A stretch of 64,000 nucleotides of DNA from Diplonema japonicum (Eukaryota; Protista; Euglenozoa: Diplonemea). A program made the translations under genes and the position numbers. A model generated the notes under the pieces. The model was not told the DNA's origin. It saw nothing but the letters and a program-made list of their open reading frames with translations, and did no database searches. Below, piece after piece: positions 34,070-43,951 of this stretch. The stretch is from NCBI GenBank assembly GCA_964019335.1, contig OZ025661.1, positions 124,001 to 188,000 of the forward strand, read 5' to 3'. Positions within the stretch are counted from its first letter, which is position 1. Each line of letters begins with the position of its first letter.

Positions 34070-36895
34070 TCACTCCTCGGTACGTTTCTCCAAAAGAGAC
34101 ACCACACTGCCTGGGACTGCTCCCGGTGTGGTGTACCCGCCAGCCATCAACGTGTTAAACCGCTGGCGGGGCTTTCGTCGCTTGTGCTGGATTGCTACAT
34201 CTGTAGGCAACACAGGTGAAGGCGCCATAAAGGAGTAGCTGGAGGAGAGCTGATGCTTTGGCTGCACGCTGAATTTCTCGTACATAAGTATATCGCTTTG
34301 CCTGCTTGTCTCTAAAGACACATCAGAAGTAGCTGCTGAAGGGGTTGGGGAGTCCGTATCCCGCGCGGTTTCCTGCCCGCCTCCGAAGGGCCAAATCTGA
34401 TGTGCAACCCAGTTCATCAGCCGGTCACTCTTCTTTGCTGCCATTTTCCTTGCAGGCCTCCTTCTTCTAGGCGAACAGTACAACGCCTCCCTGCACGCAC
34501 TGTCCCCTCTGCTCACTACCGGTTTCTTTTCCGCCATCAGTTTTTTCGGGGTTTGTATACCAGCGTTCACCATTGTGACGCTTTCGCGCGGTGGCGTCTC
34601 CTGTGTCCTTTCCTTTTGCTTCAGCTTGAACTCTTCGGATAACACGTTCCTATCCTCCACACCTTCTACCAGGCTGTCCTCGACTTCCCTTAGCAACGCT
34701 GCGGTGCCGCCTCGTTCCTGCATCAGTCTGTGTGATTTGAACAAAAACTCGTTCTCGAACCCCTTCGGCTCCTCCCATGCAGTGAACGACCCTTCGCACT
34801 CCTCGCTTGATGACACGTCCTCAGCTTCCTTCATCCTTCCGCTAAGGCTGGGGCTGGGGTTTGGGTTTGGGTCTGGGAGGTCGTACTCCTTGAAGGGGTC
34901 TGGGGGCGACAGGAACGTTTCCCCTACCCACAAAGCCATCTGCTTGGGGACGTCTTTGCACTGCTCAAGCTGCGCCCTCACGACCCGCAGCAACTTTGCA
35001 GGCTGTTCCCCAATCACTGCCGCCATCTTTGCAAGTTTTGCATACCCCGTCCCCAACATAGCTTTCACCTTTGAACGCGCACCCTGGCACATCGCCTCAA
35101 GAGGGCGGTAGAGCGCAATACACAACGCCTCGAGCTTCACCTTCAAGTACCCAAGCAACGCAAGACACAAGAGGTAACTGTGCCCTGCGATGGCTCGTTG
35201 CTTCCTTGCTATGCTGGACACGGCATTGTCTGCCGCCTCTTCCACAGCACTAGCTGCATGCCCGATGTGCTTCCTCAGATGGTCGCGCCAGGTAGGGTCG
35301 CGGATCGGGCAGTCGGTGGCCCTGTCGATGAGGGCACAGCATGACCAGTGCGGCTCTGCCCGAGGCTCCCCGCCGTGGGTACAAAGGGCGTCCTCGTCTT
35401 CGACTTCAATCAGAACGCAGCACTCACGCCACTCGCCTTTGTGGTACTTGCCAACGGCACCCGCGTAGACAGGCGATCCTGGGACGGCAGGTGGCTCCAC
35501 TAACGAGGCTGACGAACAGCTCCAGTTGCTTTTAAAGGTGCCGGTTGCAGAGACGCCAGACATACTTGAGCTCTCAACGGGATCGCCTTCTGTGTGTTGC
35601 AATTCTCCTTCGTCTTCTACTACAGAACAGCACACGGAGGTGCCGCTGGATGTTCTGTTGTCCTCACCGGTCATCGCGGTCTCTGTTTGTGCCTCGGTTC
35701 CATCCTTCCAGAAAGTCTTCGTCATGCTGTTGCACGCCTTGATCCCCTTGGTGAGTGCTTCCATCATGTCAGAAGCAAGCGACTCAAACGAGGTATTCGC
35801 CTGCGCTGCTTGTGTGTCTTCGGCAACCGTGCTGGCATCTTCCTCGGGCATGGGGATGTCGGGTGGTGGGTTCCATCCGTACGGAACGTTCTGCATGACG
35901 GGGGTGGGCGAGCGCGTGGCACGAAGGTGGTGTACAAGATTTGTCTGAAGGCTATTAGCCTCTTTACAGACGTCTGTGAAGGTGACGGGGGGTATGTAGC
36001 AGGAGTCGATGGTGACGGTGTAAGAAGGCGGTGTCGCCCTCTGCTTACGGAAGAAAGACGTCGTCTCGTCCACTGGGAAGAACTGCACGCCAGTAGCGTC
36101 CTGCAACCCGCTGAGGATGTTGACAAGGCCACGCAGCGCCCACCCAATGTATGGCATATCTAAGTTCAGCTCAAGCTCAGACTCACTGATGGCGACAGCC
36201 GTGCGTACCAAGACCGAGACAACAAACACGACGGCACCGAAGATCAGCATGGCGAGGCACTGCGCACACGTCTCTTTGTACTGGATATCCCACCTCGCCG
36301 CAAGGTACTTCACACGTGTACGAAGCTCCCGTTCCTTGCCTTCTATTTCCTTTTCAAGCTGGTTCTGCCTTGCTTCTTGTGCAGCGATGTGCCTGCAGTC
36401 AGGAAGCAGCTTCGATAGGAAGGGCACGACCTGCACACCAGACGTGTAGCCTGCCACAGGGGGGTGCTCCGTGTCAAGCTCCTTGAGGAAGGTATTGAGG
36501 TTCCCCACACATGGGGAGTGCTGTTCCTCAGACACGATGATCTGTTCAGGGGTGTGTGCCTTCGATGTGTTTTGGAAGCCCACGAAAGTGGACCCAGGTG
36601 GCATGCCATTGCTGACGTCTTGCGCGTTCTGCAGCGCTAAGGCACACCCCTTTTTCTTTCTGTCTTTCAAGCACTCACAGATGTTCACAACGGGTGTGTT
36701 GTACAAACACACAGTGTGGCACTCAAACGGAACGCAGTACCTCTCCACCGTATTGCCACCAATGGCCCCCACACCATCAAGCCCGCTCACGCGAAGCACA
36801 CCATTTAGCATATCCCTGTTCCCGGTTTTTGCCGGGCTCAGCAGGGCCACGTTGACAACATCCGCCGCTGCCAGAACAAGGCACAAGAGCATCAT
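34070..36895 (-). CDS. Hypothetical membrane protein (941 aa)
   Basis: Signal-peptide-like N-terminus, hydrophobic segments, and a Cys/His cluster (HKGEWREC..CTHGG..HWSCC) that may bind zinc. Confidence 0.8.
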   Translation of the reverse strand: MMLLCLVLAAADVVNVALLSPAKTGNRDMLNGVLRVSGLDGVGAIGGNTVERYCVPFECHTVCLYNTPVVNICECLKDRKKKGCALALQNAQDVSNGMPPGSTFVGFQNTSKAHTPEQIIVSEEQHSPCVGNLNTFLKELDTEHPPVAGYTSGVQVVPFLSKLLPDCRHIAAQEARQNQLEKEIEGKERELRTRVKYLAARWDIQYKETCAQCLAMLIFGAVVFVVSVLVRTAVAISESELELNLDMPYIGWALRGLVNILSGLQDATGVQFFPVDETTSFFRKQRATPPSYTVTIDSCYIPPVTFTDVCKEANSLQTNLVHHLRATRSPTPVMQNVPYGWNPPPDIPMPEEDASTVAEDTQAAQANTSFESLASDMMEALTKGIKACNSMTKTFWKDGTEAQTETAMTGEDNRTSSGTSVCCSVVEDEGELQHTEGDPVESSSMSGVSATGTFKSNWSCSSASLVEPPAVPGSPVYAGAVGKYHKGEWRECCVLIEVEDEDALCTHGGEPRAEPHWSCCALIDRATDCPIRDPTWRDHLRKHIGHAASAVEEAADNAVSSIARKQRAIAGHSYLLCLALLGYLKVKLEALCIALYRPLEAMCQGARSKVKAMLGTGYAKLAKMAAVIGEQPAKLLRVVRAQLEQCKDVPKQMALWVGETFLSPPDPFKEYDLPDPNPNPSPSLSGRMKEAEDVSSSEECEGSFTAWEEPKGFENEFLFKSHRLMQERGGTAALLREVEDSLVEGVEDRNVLSEEFKLKQKERTQETPPRESVTMVNAGIQTPKKLMAEKKPVVSRGDSACREALYCSPRRRRPARKMAAKKSDRLMNWVAHQIWPFGGGQETARDTDSPTPSAATSDVSLETSRQSDILMYEKFSVQPKHQLSSSYSFMAPSPVLPTDVAIQHKRRKPRQRFNTLMAGGYTTPGAVPGSVVSLLEKRTEE

Positions 36896-36993
36896 CGCCT
36901 TGCGTGCCTGGGGGTGTGGTTTTCTTTTTTCTTCTTTTTTTCTTTTTTTTTAACATGAAGAAAAGGGACAAAAGAAAAACTGGAAACGGGTTC

Positions 36994-37878
36994 TTATGTA
37001 AATAAGGACTCGGATTCAACGGACGATTCGCTCTGCGACAGTGCGATGTCATCTGCAGATGCTTCCAGACTATGCTCTTCTTCTTCTTCTTCTTCCTCAT
37101 GTGTCGATCCAGCTCTGGCAATGGACATGGCATGCTCGGGAACGGCAGGGGTGCCCTCAATGAGCGCATGCTCAAGTTCATCCAGCTCCGCACGGGTGAT
37201 GTTGAGGTAGGGGGTCACGATGTTGTCGTGTTCCTTGGCGGGCACGCTGATGTCGTCATATTGCAAACGTTTTCTCTGCATCAGTAAGGTGCTGGCCCTG
37301 CGGAGCCTGCCGAATATTACAGAGGGGTCGATGTAAAACCCAAGATCATGATGGTTTGTGAGGAAGAAATAGATGAACTTCAACCGCATGTGGTCGACTG
37401 TGTCCTCCAACAATTGGAGCTCCGCTTCTTGCTCCGCGATGATCTCATCGCATTTTGCGTTTTTTTCGTTGAGCTCTGCTTCATGTTCTTCGAGGATACG
37501 CACTTCGTTGGCGATGGTGGTCTGTTCACTGACAAACCGCTGCTCTTGGCTGCGCAGAGTGCTGGACAGATCCGTGAGGTGCCGCTCGGCTTGCGACAGT
37601 GCTGTGGCGACTTCCTGAACCTTGCCCCGCTCTTTCTCTGCCTTCGATTTCAAGGCGTCCGTGCTTGTGTCCCGCCTTTCGTTTAGGCTTCTCTGCATCG
37701 TGTTCACTACTCTTTGCATCATACTGTTCGCAGTGCTCGCTCTACCTGATATCACGCTCTTTTGCTCGATCTCACTCTCCATACTTTTTCGTTTGTCTGC
37801 TCCCCTGCTGCTCATTCCCGTCCTGCTGCTGGATGTTTCATGTAGGTCGCTTCTCTGTGATCTCCGGCCTCGTTTCAT
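36994..37878 (-). CDS. Coiled-coil hypothetical protein (294 aa)
   Basis: Long E/K/Q-rich helical ORF. Confidence 0.75.
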   Translation of the reverse strand: MKRGRRSQRSDLHETSSSRTGMSSRGADKRKSMESEIEQKSVISGRASTANSMMQRVVNTMQRSLNERRDTSTDALKSKAEKERGKVQEVATALSQAERHLTDLSSTLRSQEQRFVSEQTTIANEVRILEEHEAELNEKNAKCDEIIAEQEAELQLLEDTVDHMRLKFIYFFLTNHHDLGFYIDPSVIFGRLRRASTLLMQRKRLQYDDISVPAKEHDNIVTPYLNITRAELDELEHALIEGTPAVPEHAMSIARAGSTHEEEEEEEEHSLEASADDIALSQSESSVESESLFT

Positions 37879-38369
37879 TTTCTATTACCCCCACCTGAAA
37901 AAGATTGTGTGAAAATCATCGGAGGTGAGTAAAGGGGGGGGAGAACAACAAAAAAAAGACTCCCACCATTGTATAAAGTTTTACATGGACCCTTCGAGTG
38001 CAGATAACGAAGCGTAAAAGGAGACGGGGAGGGGGCGAAAATGAGATAGAAGAGAGCTTTAAAAAAAAAGAAAAGAGATGAAAAAAAAAAAAGCTGGTGG
38101 TGGAGGGACGACGATACGGGTTTTGTGTATTCTTTTTATATTTTTTGTTTCCTCCTTTTTTTCTCTTTTTTATCTTGAGACACGCATAAACCTGAGAAGG
38201 ATTTTCAAAAGAAGAAGAAAAAAAAAAAAAAAAAGAAAAAAAAAAAAAACGATTTTCTTTTTTCCATTGACATCACCCTTCTCAGGGGGGGAAAACTTTT
38301 CTTTCTTTTTCTTGCGCAAACATGCAAGGGAATGAAAAAACAAATAATACCCCTTCCCCCACTCGCCAC

Positions 38370-38405
<36 letters not shown>

Positions 38406-38455
38406 CACGTTCGGAGAAGAGAGAAAAAAAAAAAAAAAAAAAAAAAAAACACGAG

Positions 38456-39973
38456 TTAATAGTAAGGCCCCCAAAAACCACCGTTAAGGGTCATTTGGTT
38501 GCACGATTTGCTTTCATCGACGTGGCCCCGCCACCCGACGGGACGGGATGCTTCGATAGAAGTCTCATCAGCAGCCTGTGCTTTGGCAAGAAGCTGCGCA
38601 GCGATGTCGGGGTACACCTTAGCAAGGTCGGAGTGTTCCCCAGGGTCCTTCTTAATGTTATACAAACACCCAGAAGCACCACAATCGCAACTATCTTCGT
38701 TCTTGTGAGTAGTGGACGCGTTGGGGTACACAGGGCCCATCCAAAAACAATACTGCTGGGTGAACCTTACCAGTTTGTAGTCACCGGAGATGAAAGCAGC
38801 GGATCCCATAGAACCAGCAGGAGCGTCTGAAGCCGGGACAGCGTATTTACTTGACAACACCATTTCAACTCTCGGTGACGTACCGCTGCCGGACATGAGG
38901 TAGTCCCACATGTTTATACTATCGCTTCCAGGAAGACCTGTCACATCTTGCTCGGGAACAACACCAGCAATGTGGGCAAAGGTGGAATACCAATCGGCAA
39001 CATGGATGTAACCTTCAAGCTTGCGGCCACGTGACGCGGGTGGGAGGTACCCGCCTGTTAAAAACGCGAGGCTGCGGTGTCCGCCCTCCCACGCGGTGTG
39101 CTTCCCTCCTCGGAGCGGGTAGTTGTTGGCATTGGACCCCGACACAGATTCGGCAGACGGCCCGCCGTTGTCGGACGCGAAGAGGATCAACGTGTTGTCC
39201 CACAACCCTGCTTCACGCAAGGCAGCGGTCACGTTCTTTGCCATGTCATCCACCGCAGATATCATCCCATTGTAGTCCCCGTATGCTGATGTGTAGTTCG
39301 TGTAGCTAGCTTTGTATTTGTCGGGTTCGTTCGGGGCGTGCGCACACTGTGCTGCGAGGTACATGAAAAACGGTCCCTTTGAAGTGTCGTGTTGTTTGAT
39401 GACGTTGACGGCATGTGCTGTCCACTTGTAAGCCGTGTACCCTGTGTCGTTTTGGCCGTGTGCTGGGGAGGTCGCGTTCCATAGATCGGTGTGTTTCCCG
39501 CACCCACCGCACCCCGGGTTTTCATTGGTGTAATGGTCCTCCGCACCCATGAGGTATCCGTAAGAAGTGTCGAAACCACGGTTGATAGGGAGGGCACGAT
39601 GGTCGCCAAGCCCGCCCATATGCCACTTCCCGATGTGGTGGGTGGTGTACCCGCCCTGTTGAAGCATTTTGGGCATGAATGTGATGTTTAACGGAGCGGG
39701 GCCTTCTAGGCCGCATGCGTAGGCGTTGTTTTCAGTGATGTGAACCGGCAGTCTGCCTGTCATGAGAGACGTTCTTGTGGGGCTGCAATAGAAGAATACA
39801 TAGTGCCTGTCGAGCTCGATGCCTTCCTTCAGAAGATTGTTCATAACCGGGGTTTTAACATGCTCTTCGTTGTGCCAACCGGCGTTCGCCCATCCCATGT
39901 CGTCTCCGATAAAAGCTATGATATTTGGCTTCACTGCTGCCATGGCCACTGATAGTAGCAGCATTGAGTACAT
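38456..39973 (-). CDS. Secreted arylsulfatase B-like (formylglycine-dependent) sulfatase
   Basis: Signal peptide, DDMGW, CSPTR (CxPxR), GKWH, SDNGG and GGK..WEGG. Confidence 0.93.
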   Translation of the reverse strand: MYSMLLLSVAMAAVKPNIIAFIGDDMGWANAGWHNEEHVKTPVMNNLLKEGIELDRHYVFFYCSPTRTSLMTGRLPVHITENNAYACGLEGPAPLNITFMPKMLQQGGYTTHHIGKWHMGGLGDHRALPINRGFDTSYGYLMGAEDHYTNENPGCGGCGKHTDLWNATSPAHGQNDTGYTAYKWTAHAVNVIKQHDTSKGPFFMYLAAQCAHAPNEPDKYKASYTNYTSAYGDYNGMISAVDDMAKNVTAALREAGLWDNTLILFASDNGGPSAESVSGSNANNYPLRGGKHTAWEGGHRSLAFLTGGYLPPASRGRKLEGYIHVADWYSTFAHIAGVVPEQDVTGLPGSDSINMWDYLMSGSGTSPRVEMVLSSKYAVPASDAPAGSMGSAAFISGDYKLVRFTQQYCFWMGPVYPNASTTHKNEDSCDCGASGCLYNIKKDPGEHSDLAKVYPDIAAQLLAKAQAADETSIEASRPVGWRGHVDESKSCNQMTLNGGFWGPYY

Positions 39974-40783
39974 TTTTTTTCCCCCTCCTCCCTTTTTTTT
40001 GTTTTCTTTTTGTTTTGGGTGGTTCAGTGAGTGATGGGGTGGGGGGATGACAACAACTAGTAGTAAAGGCTACAGATATTATTAAAAAAGAAAGGAGGAG
40101 GGGTCACCCCCCCCCCCCCCCCCCCAACGCTTTTTTTTATGCTGTTTTTCTTTTTAGATTCAAAAAAAAAAAACGACTGTTCAGTGGAAAATGGAGGAAT
40201 AAAAAAAAATAGAAGGTTTTTCTTTTTTTTTTTTCTCTCTTTTTTTTTTTTATAAAAAACCGGGGGAAGAATAGTCTTAAGACCGTTGCTTTGATTAGCT
40301 TTACAAGCAAAGATCTCAGCCGCGGTTCAATTCTTAAGATAAAATCTTTTTTGATGTATTGGAAAAAAAAAAAAAAAAAAGAGAGAAATAAAAAAGAATG
40401 GCCACCCTCCCTTTCCTCCTTTAATCTTCTTTTTTTTGATGCGCGCTGGTTCCCCCTTTTTTTTTTTCAAAAAGAATGGGAATGGGTGGTTTGCAGCTTT
40501 TGATTTCTTTTTGCTATTTTTGTTTTGTGAGAGCAGAAATATTCTTTTTTTTCTTTTTTTCTTTTGAGAGCCAGGGGGGATCTTTCTCTATCTTCATCTT
40601 CCCCCCCTTTGTTTTTTCCTCTCTTTTTAATTTTTGATTCCTGTTTCTCGCCCTCAAGATCGCGAGTTGAGTTTTTTTTTCTTTATAGGCTTTGTGTTTC
40701 TATTATTTTCTTAAAAAAAAGAACTAGTCTGGACTGAAGGTTTCTTTTTTACCTAAACCCAATACCCCCCCCCCCCCCCCCCC

Positions 40784-40815
<32 letters not shown>

Positions 40816-41083
40816 CTAGTTTGTTCATTTTCTTTTTGGCACCTTGCTCCTGACAGAAGGTTTTTTTTAAAAAGAAAGATAACGCAAAAGACCGGAAAAA
40901 AAGAAAGAAAAAAAAAAAGACGTCCAAAAAAAGTTGAGTGCTAAATCACTTTCAGTGGGTATTTTAAGAGAGGGATGGGGGGGGGGGGGAGGGAACCTGA
41001 CAACAATTAACCCACAAAAGGACTGCTGGTATTTGACTTCTAAAAAAAAAAAAAAAAAAAAACTCAAAGTACAGGACAAGCCA

Positions 41084-41324
41084 TAACAGATAGACCCCCC
41101 CCCCCCCCCCCCCCCTCCCATAGCTATGCTGGCATGGAAACGCGTTTCCATGCATTTTTTGAAAAAAAGGGAAACGGAAACGGAAACGTTTCCTTATGTT
41201 TCCTTAAGAAGGAAGCCGTTTCCATAAGAATTTTGAAAAGTATGGAAACGGAAACGGAAACGTTTCCACGTTTCCTGCCAGCATAGTCCCATAGGGCGGC
41301 CCCCTGCTAGAGGGCCGCCCTATG

Positions 41325-41356
<32 letters not shown>

Positions 41357-41367
41357 TCTATCTGTTA
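41084..41367. mobile_element. Foldback (hairpin) element interrupted by a hAT-type MITE
   Basis: After removing the MITE it reads TAACAGATAGA-C21-TCCCATAGGGCGGCCC, a 9-nt loop, then GGGCCGCCCTATGGGA-G29-TCTATCTGTTA. Confidence 0.75.
41124..41286. mobile_element. 163-bp MITE, hAT-type
   Basis: TIRs CTATGCTGGCA...TGCCAGCATAG, perfect 8-bp TSD TCCCATAG (41116-41123, 41287-41294), and multiple subterminal GGAAAC repeats. Confidence 0.88.
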
Positions 41368-41378
41368 ATACTCGATAC

Positions 41379-41431
41379 AATTTCAGTGTGCATGGGGGTG
41401 CTCACACGAAAGAAATTCACACTAATCGGTC
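41379..41431. repeat. Dispersed ~53-bp repeat, copy 2
   Basis: Homologous to 3473-3525. Confidence 0.7.
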
Positions 41432-41573
41432 ACCGTTCTGCGGTTGCTGTCTGGTGCCTGCGGAAAAAAAAAAAAAAAAAAACCGGTCCTTTATGAGCAA
41501 CAAACCAACTTCACCCTTCCTGTCCAGTTACCACTTTTCTCAAGGGGGTGAAGTATGGCGCATTAAAATTATT

Positions 41574-41614
<41 letters not shown>

Positions 41615-41615
<1 letters not shown>

Positions 41616-42007
41616 CACCATCTAGGGGAGAACATCTGAGCAGGCCTGGGTGATATTACAGAGACTTTTTTAACAGAGGCGACCGACATGGTGGTCTCAA
41701 AGGGGGAATTGATGAGCCCTAAAGGTGGCACAGCAGGGCTTGGCTGCAAGGAAGATGCACTGCGTGCCTGGAACCGCGAAAGCGTGACCCCAGGCTGGTT
41801 AGTTAGCAAGTTGAGGTCAAAACTTTGTGACTCCATTGCAATGTCGTCGCGGTACCTCTTTACAAGCAGCAAGGCATAAGCTGTAGCGCCGCAACACACG
41901 ATAGTGCAAACCACCACCACCACCGTCAGCCACTGTGGAACAACAGAGGAATCATAACTAGTGGGAGAAGGCGTATCGGGTCCCATCTCGGTGCCGTTCG
42001 CACCCAT
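41615..42007 (-). CDS. Small single-pass membrane protein (130 aa)
   Basis: One hydrophobic segment (WLTVVVVVCTIVCCGATAYALLLV) followed by KR. Confidence 0.65.
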
Positions 42008-42058
42008 TACCTGTTCCTGCAGTTGAGTAATGGTGTTGAGGCGACGTTATCATTCACT

Positions 42059-42093
<35 letters not shown>

Positions 42094-42153
42094 CCTGCCC
42101 CAGGTAGGTGTTTCTTTTTTTGGAACAAATAAAGGGGGGGAAAAAAAAAACTG

Positions 42154-42291
42154 TCAAGAAGAGCTAGATTTGACCTCCGCCTTTTTCGTCTCCATTGGTT
42201 CCTCCTTTTCTTTTTCCTCCTTTTTCTTCTTCGCATCCCCTTGGTATACGTCGAAGTTCATCTTCCCATTTACCTCGAAACACATGTTCAT
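42154..42291 (-). CDS. Possible 45-aa microprotein
   Basis: ATG follows an A-run as in neighbouring genes: MNMCFEVNGKMNFDVYQGD plus a charged tail. Short and otherwise unsupported. Confidence 0.35.
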   Translation of the reverse strand: MNMCFEVNGKMNFDVYQGDAKKKKEEKEKEEPMETKKAEVKSSSS

Positions 42292-42337
42292 TTTTTTTTC
42301 CCCCCCGTCTTGCAATTTGGTCAAACGGCCAATAGGG

Positions 42338-42391
<54 letters not shown>

Positions 42392-42459
42392 AAAAACACT
42401 CTAATAAGAGAAGTACGGCACGTGTAAATCTGTATGTGTAATACCCCCACAGCCCATCG

Positions 42460-42741
42460 TTAGGTCGGGTTGCCCATGCAAGCTACACCGCCTGACATGC
42501 TGCCACCCCGTGTGACCCACTGCCATGAACCGCCCAAGGTGGGATCTGGTTTAACGATACGTGCGTCTTCACCAGTCCTGTTTCTGTCGCAGCAGTTTCC
42601 GTGCCCAGCAGGGCTGAAGGGAGCACAAGAAATGGCCCCCGAGTGCACGTACTGCTGATTGGGATTCGCCGGCCTTTTGAGAGCTGAAGGATTGGCATTG
42701 GTGATACCGTTGCTCATCATGTCAGTGAGCTTTTGGGGCAT
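42460..42741 (-). CDS. Small hypothetical protein (93 aa)
   Basis: A GC-rich island coincides with the ORF, and the ATG follows an A-run. Confidence 0.7.
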   Translation of the reverse strand: MPQKLTDMMSNGITNANPSALKRPANPNQQYVHSGAISCAPFSPAGHGNCCDRNRTGEDARIVKPDPTLGGSWQWVTRGGSMSGGVACMGNPT

Positions 42742-42941
42742 CTTTTTTTTTTTTTTTTTTCCTGGTACCCTTGGTTGTTGTCATTTCTTTTAGAGGGAAA
42801 GAAGGAGGGGGGGGGGGGGGGGGGGAGAAGAAAAAAAAACAACTACGTCACACATGTGAGAAGAAGAACAATACGCGAAAAAAAAAAAAAAAGCACACTC
42901 AACGGAAGAGAAGGAAAGAAAAAGCCATTTTTTAAAGCCGT

Positions 42942-43806
42942 CTAGACATTTTCGTTCATCCACGCCCTCAATTCATCCACACCCTCGTGGTCCCCTTTGC
43001 TTGCCACGTCGAAGAAGGTGACTGGTAGCGGGCAGTGCGCCTCGAAGTTGAACTTCTCATCGTCGATACCTTTTTTTTTTTTTTTTTTTCCCCCTCCAAT
43101 CCCCCCCCGTACCAAGTTCTACAATATCAGCGCCCTCTGTCCCCAGCTGGTTTACTACGTTGGTTTTGGTTTTCCGGACCTTTTCGATTTCCTTCTCCAA
43201 TTGCCGCTGTGTGAGAGAGTTAGGGAATTCCCCCTTTTTTTCCCCTCCGTTTGTTTCATACCTTAATGGCGGTCGACTTGTAAGAATGCCCAACATCCCT
43301 CTTCGTGCAGACGATGCTCATCGCAGGCCTAGTCGACTTCAGTACGATCTGGGGGTTTTTTTTTTTATTTTTTTATTTCTCTGGATGTAAACAAGGCAAA
43401 CCTTTGGGTTCGTGAGGGTGGTGACGAGCAGCTCAGCGTTGGAGGACAGACTGGTCTCCCAGTCGATGGCGTCGATGACAAAGACAAGCTGGCACGCGTC
43501 CTCGCACAGGGCGCTCAGCCCGGGCCGCAGGCGGTAGTGCCCAGGGTAGTCGACAACCGTTTTCGTCTTTTTGGCCTTCGTGCCAAGCTCTTTTGTTTCC
43601 ATATTTGGCATTGCCGAGGTCTGTGTCTCCACCTCCTGCCCGTGCAACAGCTTCCAATAGAGCGCACTCTTGCCGCATGACGGCAGCCCCATGAACACCA
43701 CCTTCTCCCCTACCTTCCCACCAGCTTTCCGGAACAGTGCGAACCATACCACGACCAACAGCAACGCTACCACCACCGCTCCGCCTATTATGTACTCTTG
43801 TTCCAT
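42942..43806 (-). CDS. SRPRB: Signal recognition particle receptor subunit beta (4 exons; introns 43349-43401, 43207-43261, 43070-43112)
   Basis: N-terminal TM, GLPSCGKS, TQTS and DYPGHYRLR. Splicing restores TKRD (G4), LEKEIEKVR and KFNF through to a stop at 42942. Confidence 0.88.
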
Positions 43807-43951
43807 TTTTTTTTTTCAGTTTTTTTTTTTCCCCCTTTTCTGTGGCGGATTAAAAAAAAAAAAATAAAACACAAAACAAAAAACAAAGAACTTACTGGAA
43901 CAACAACGACAATAAAAAAAAAAAAAAAACAAAAAAACAAAAAAAAAAAAT

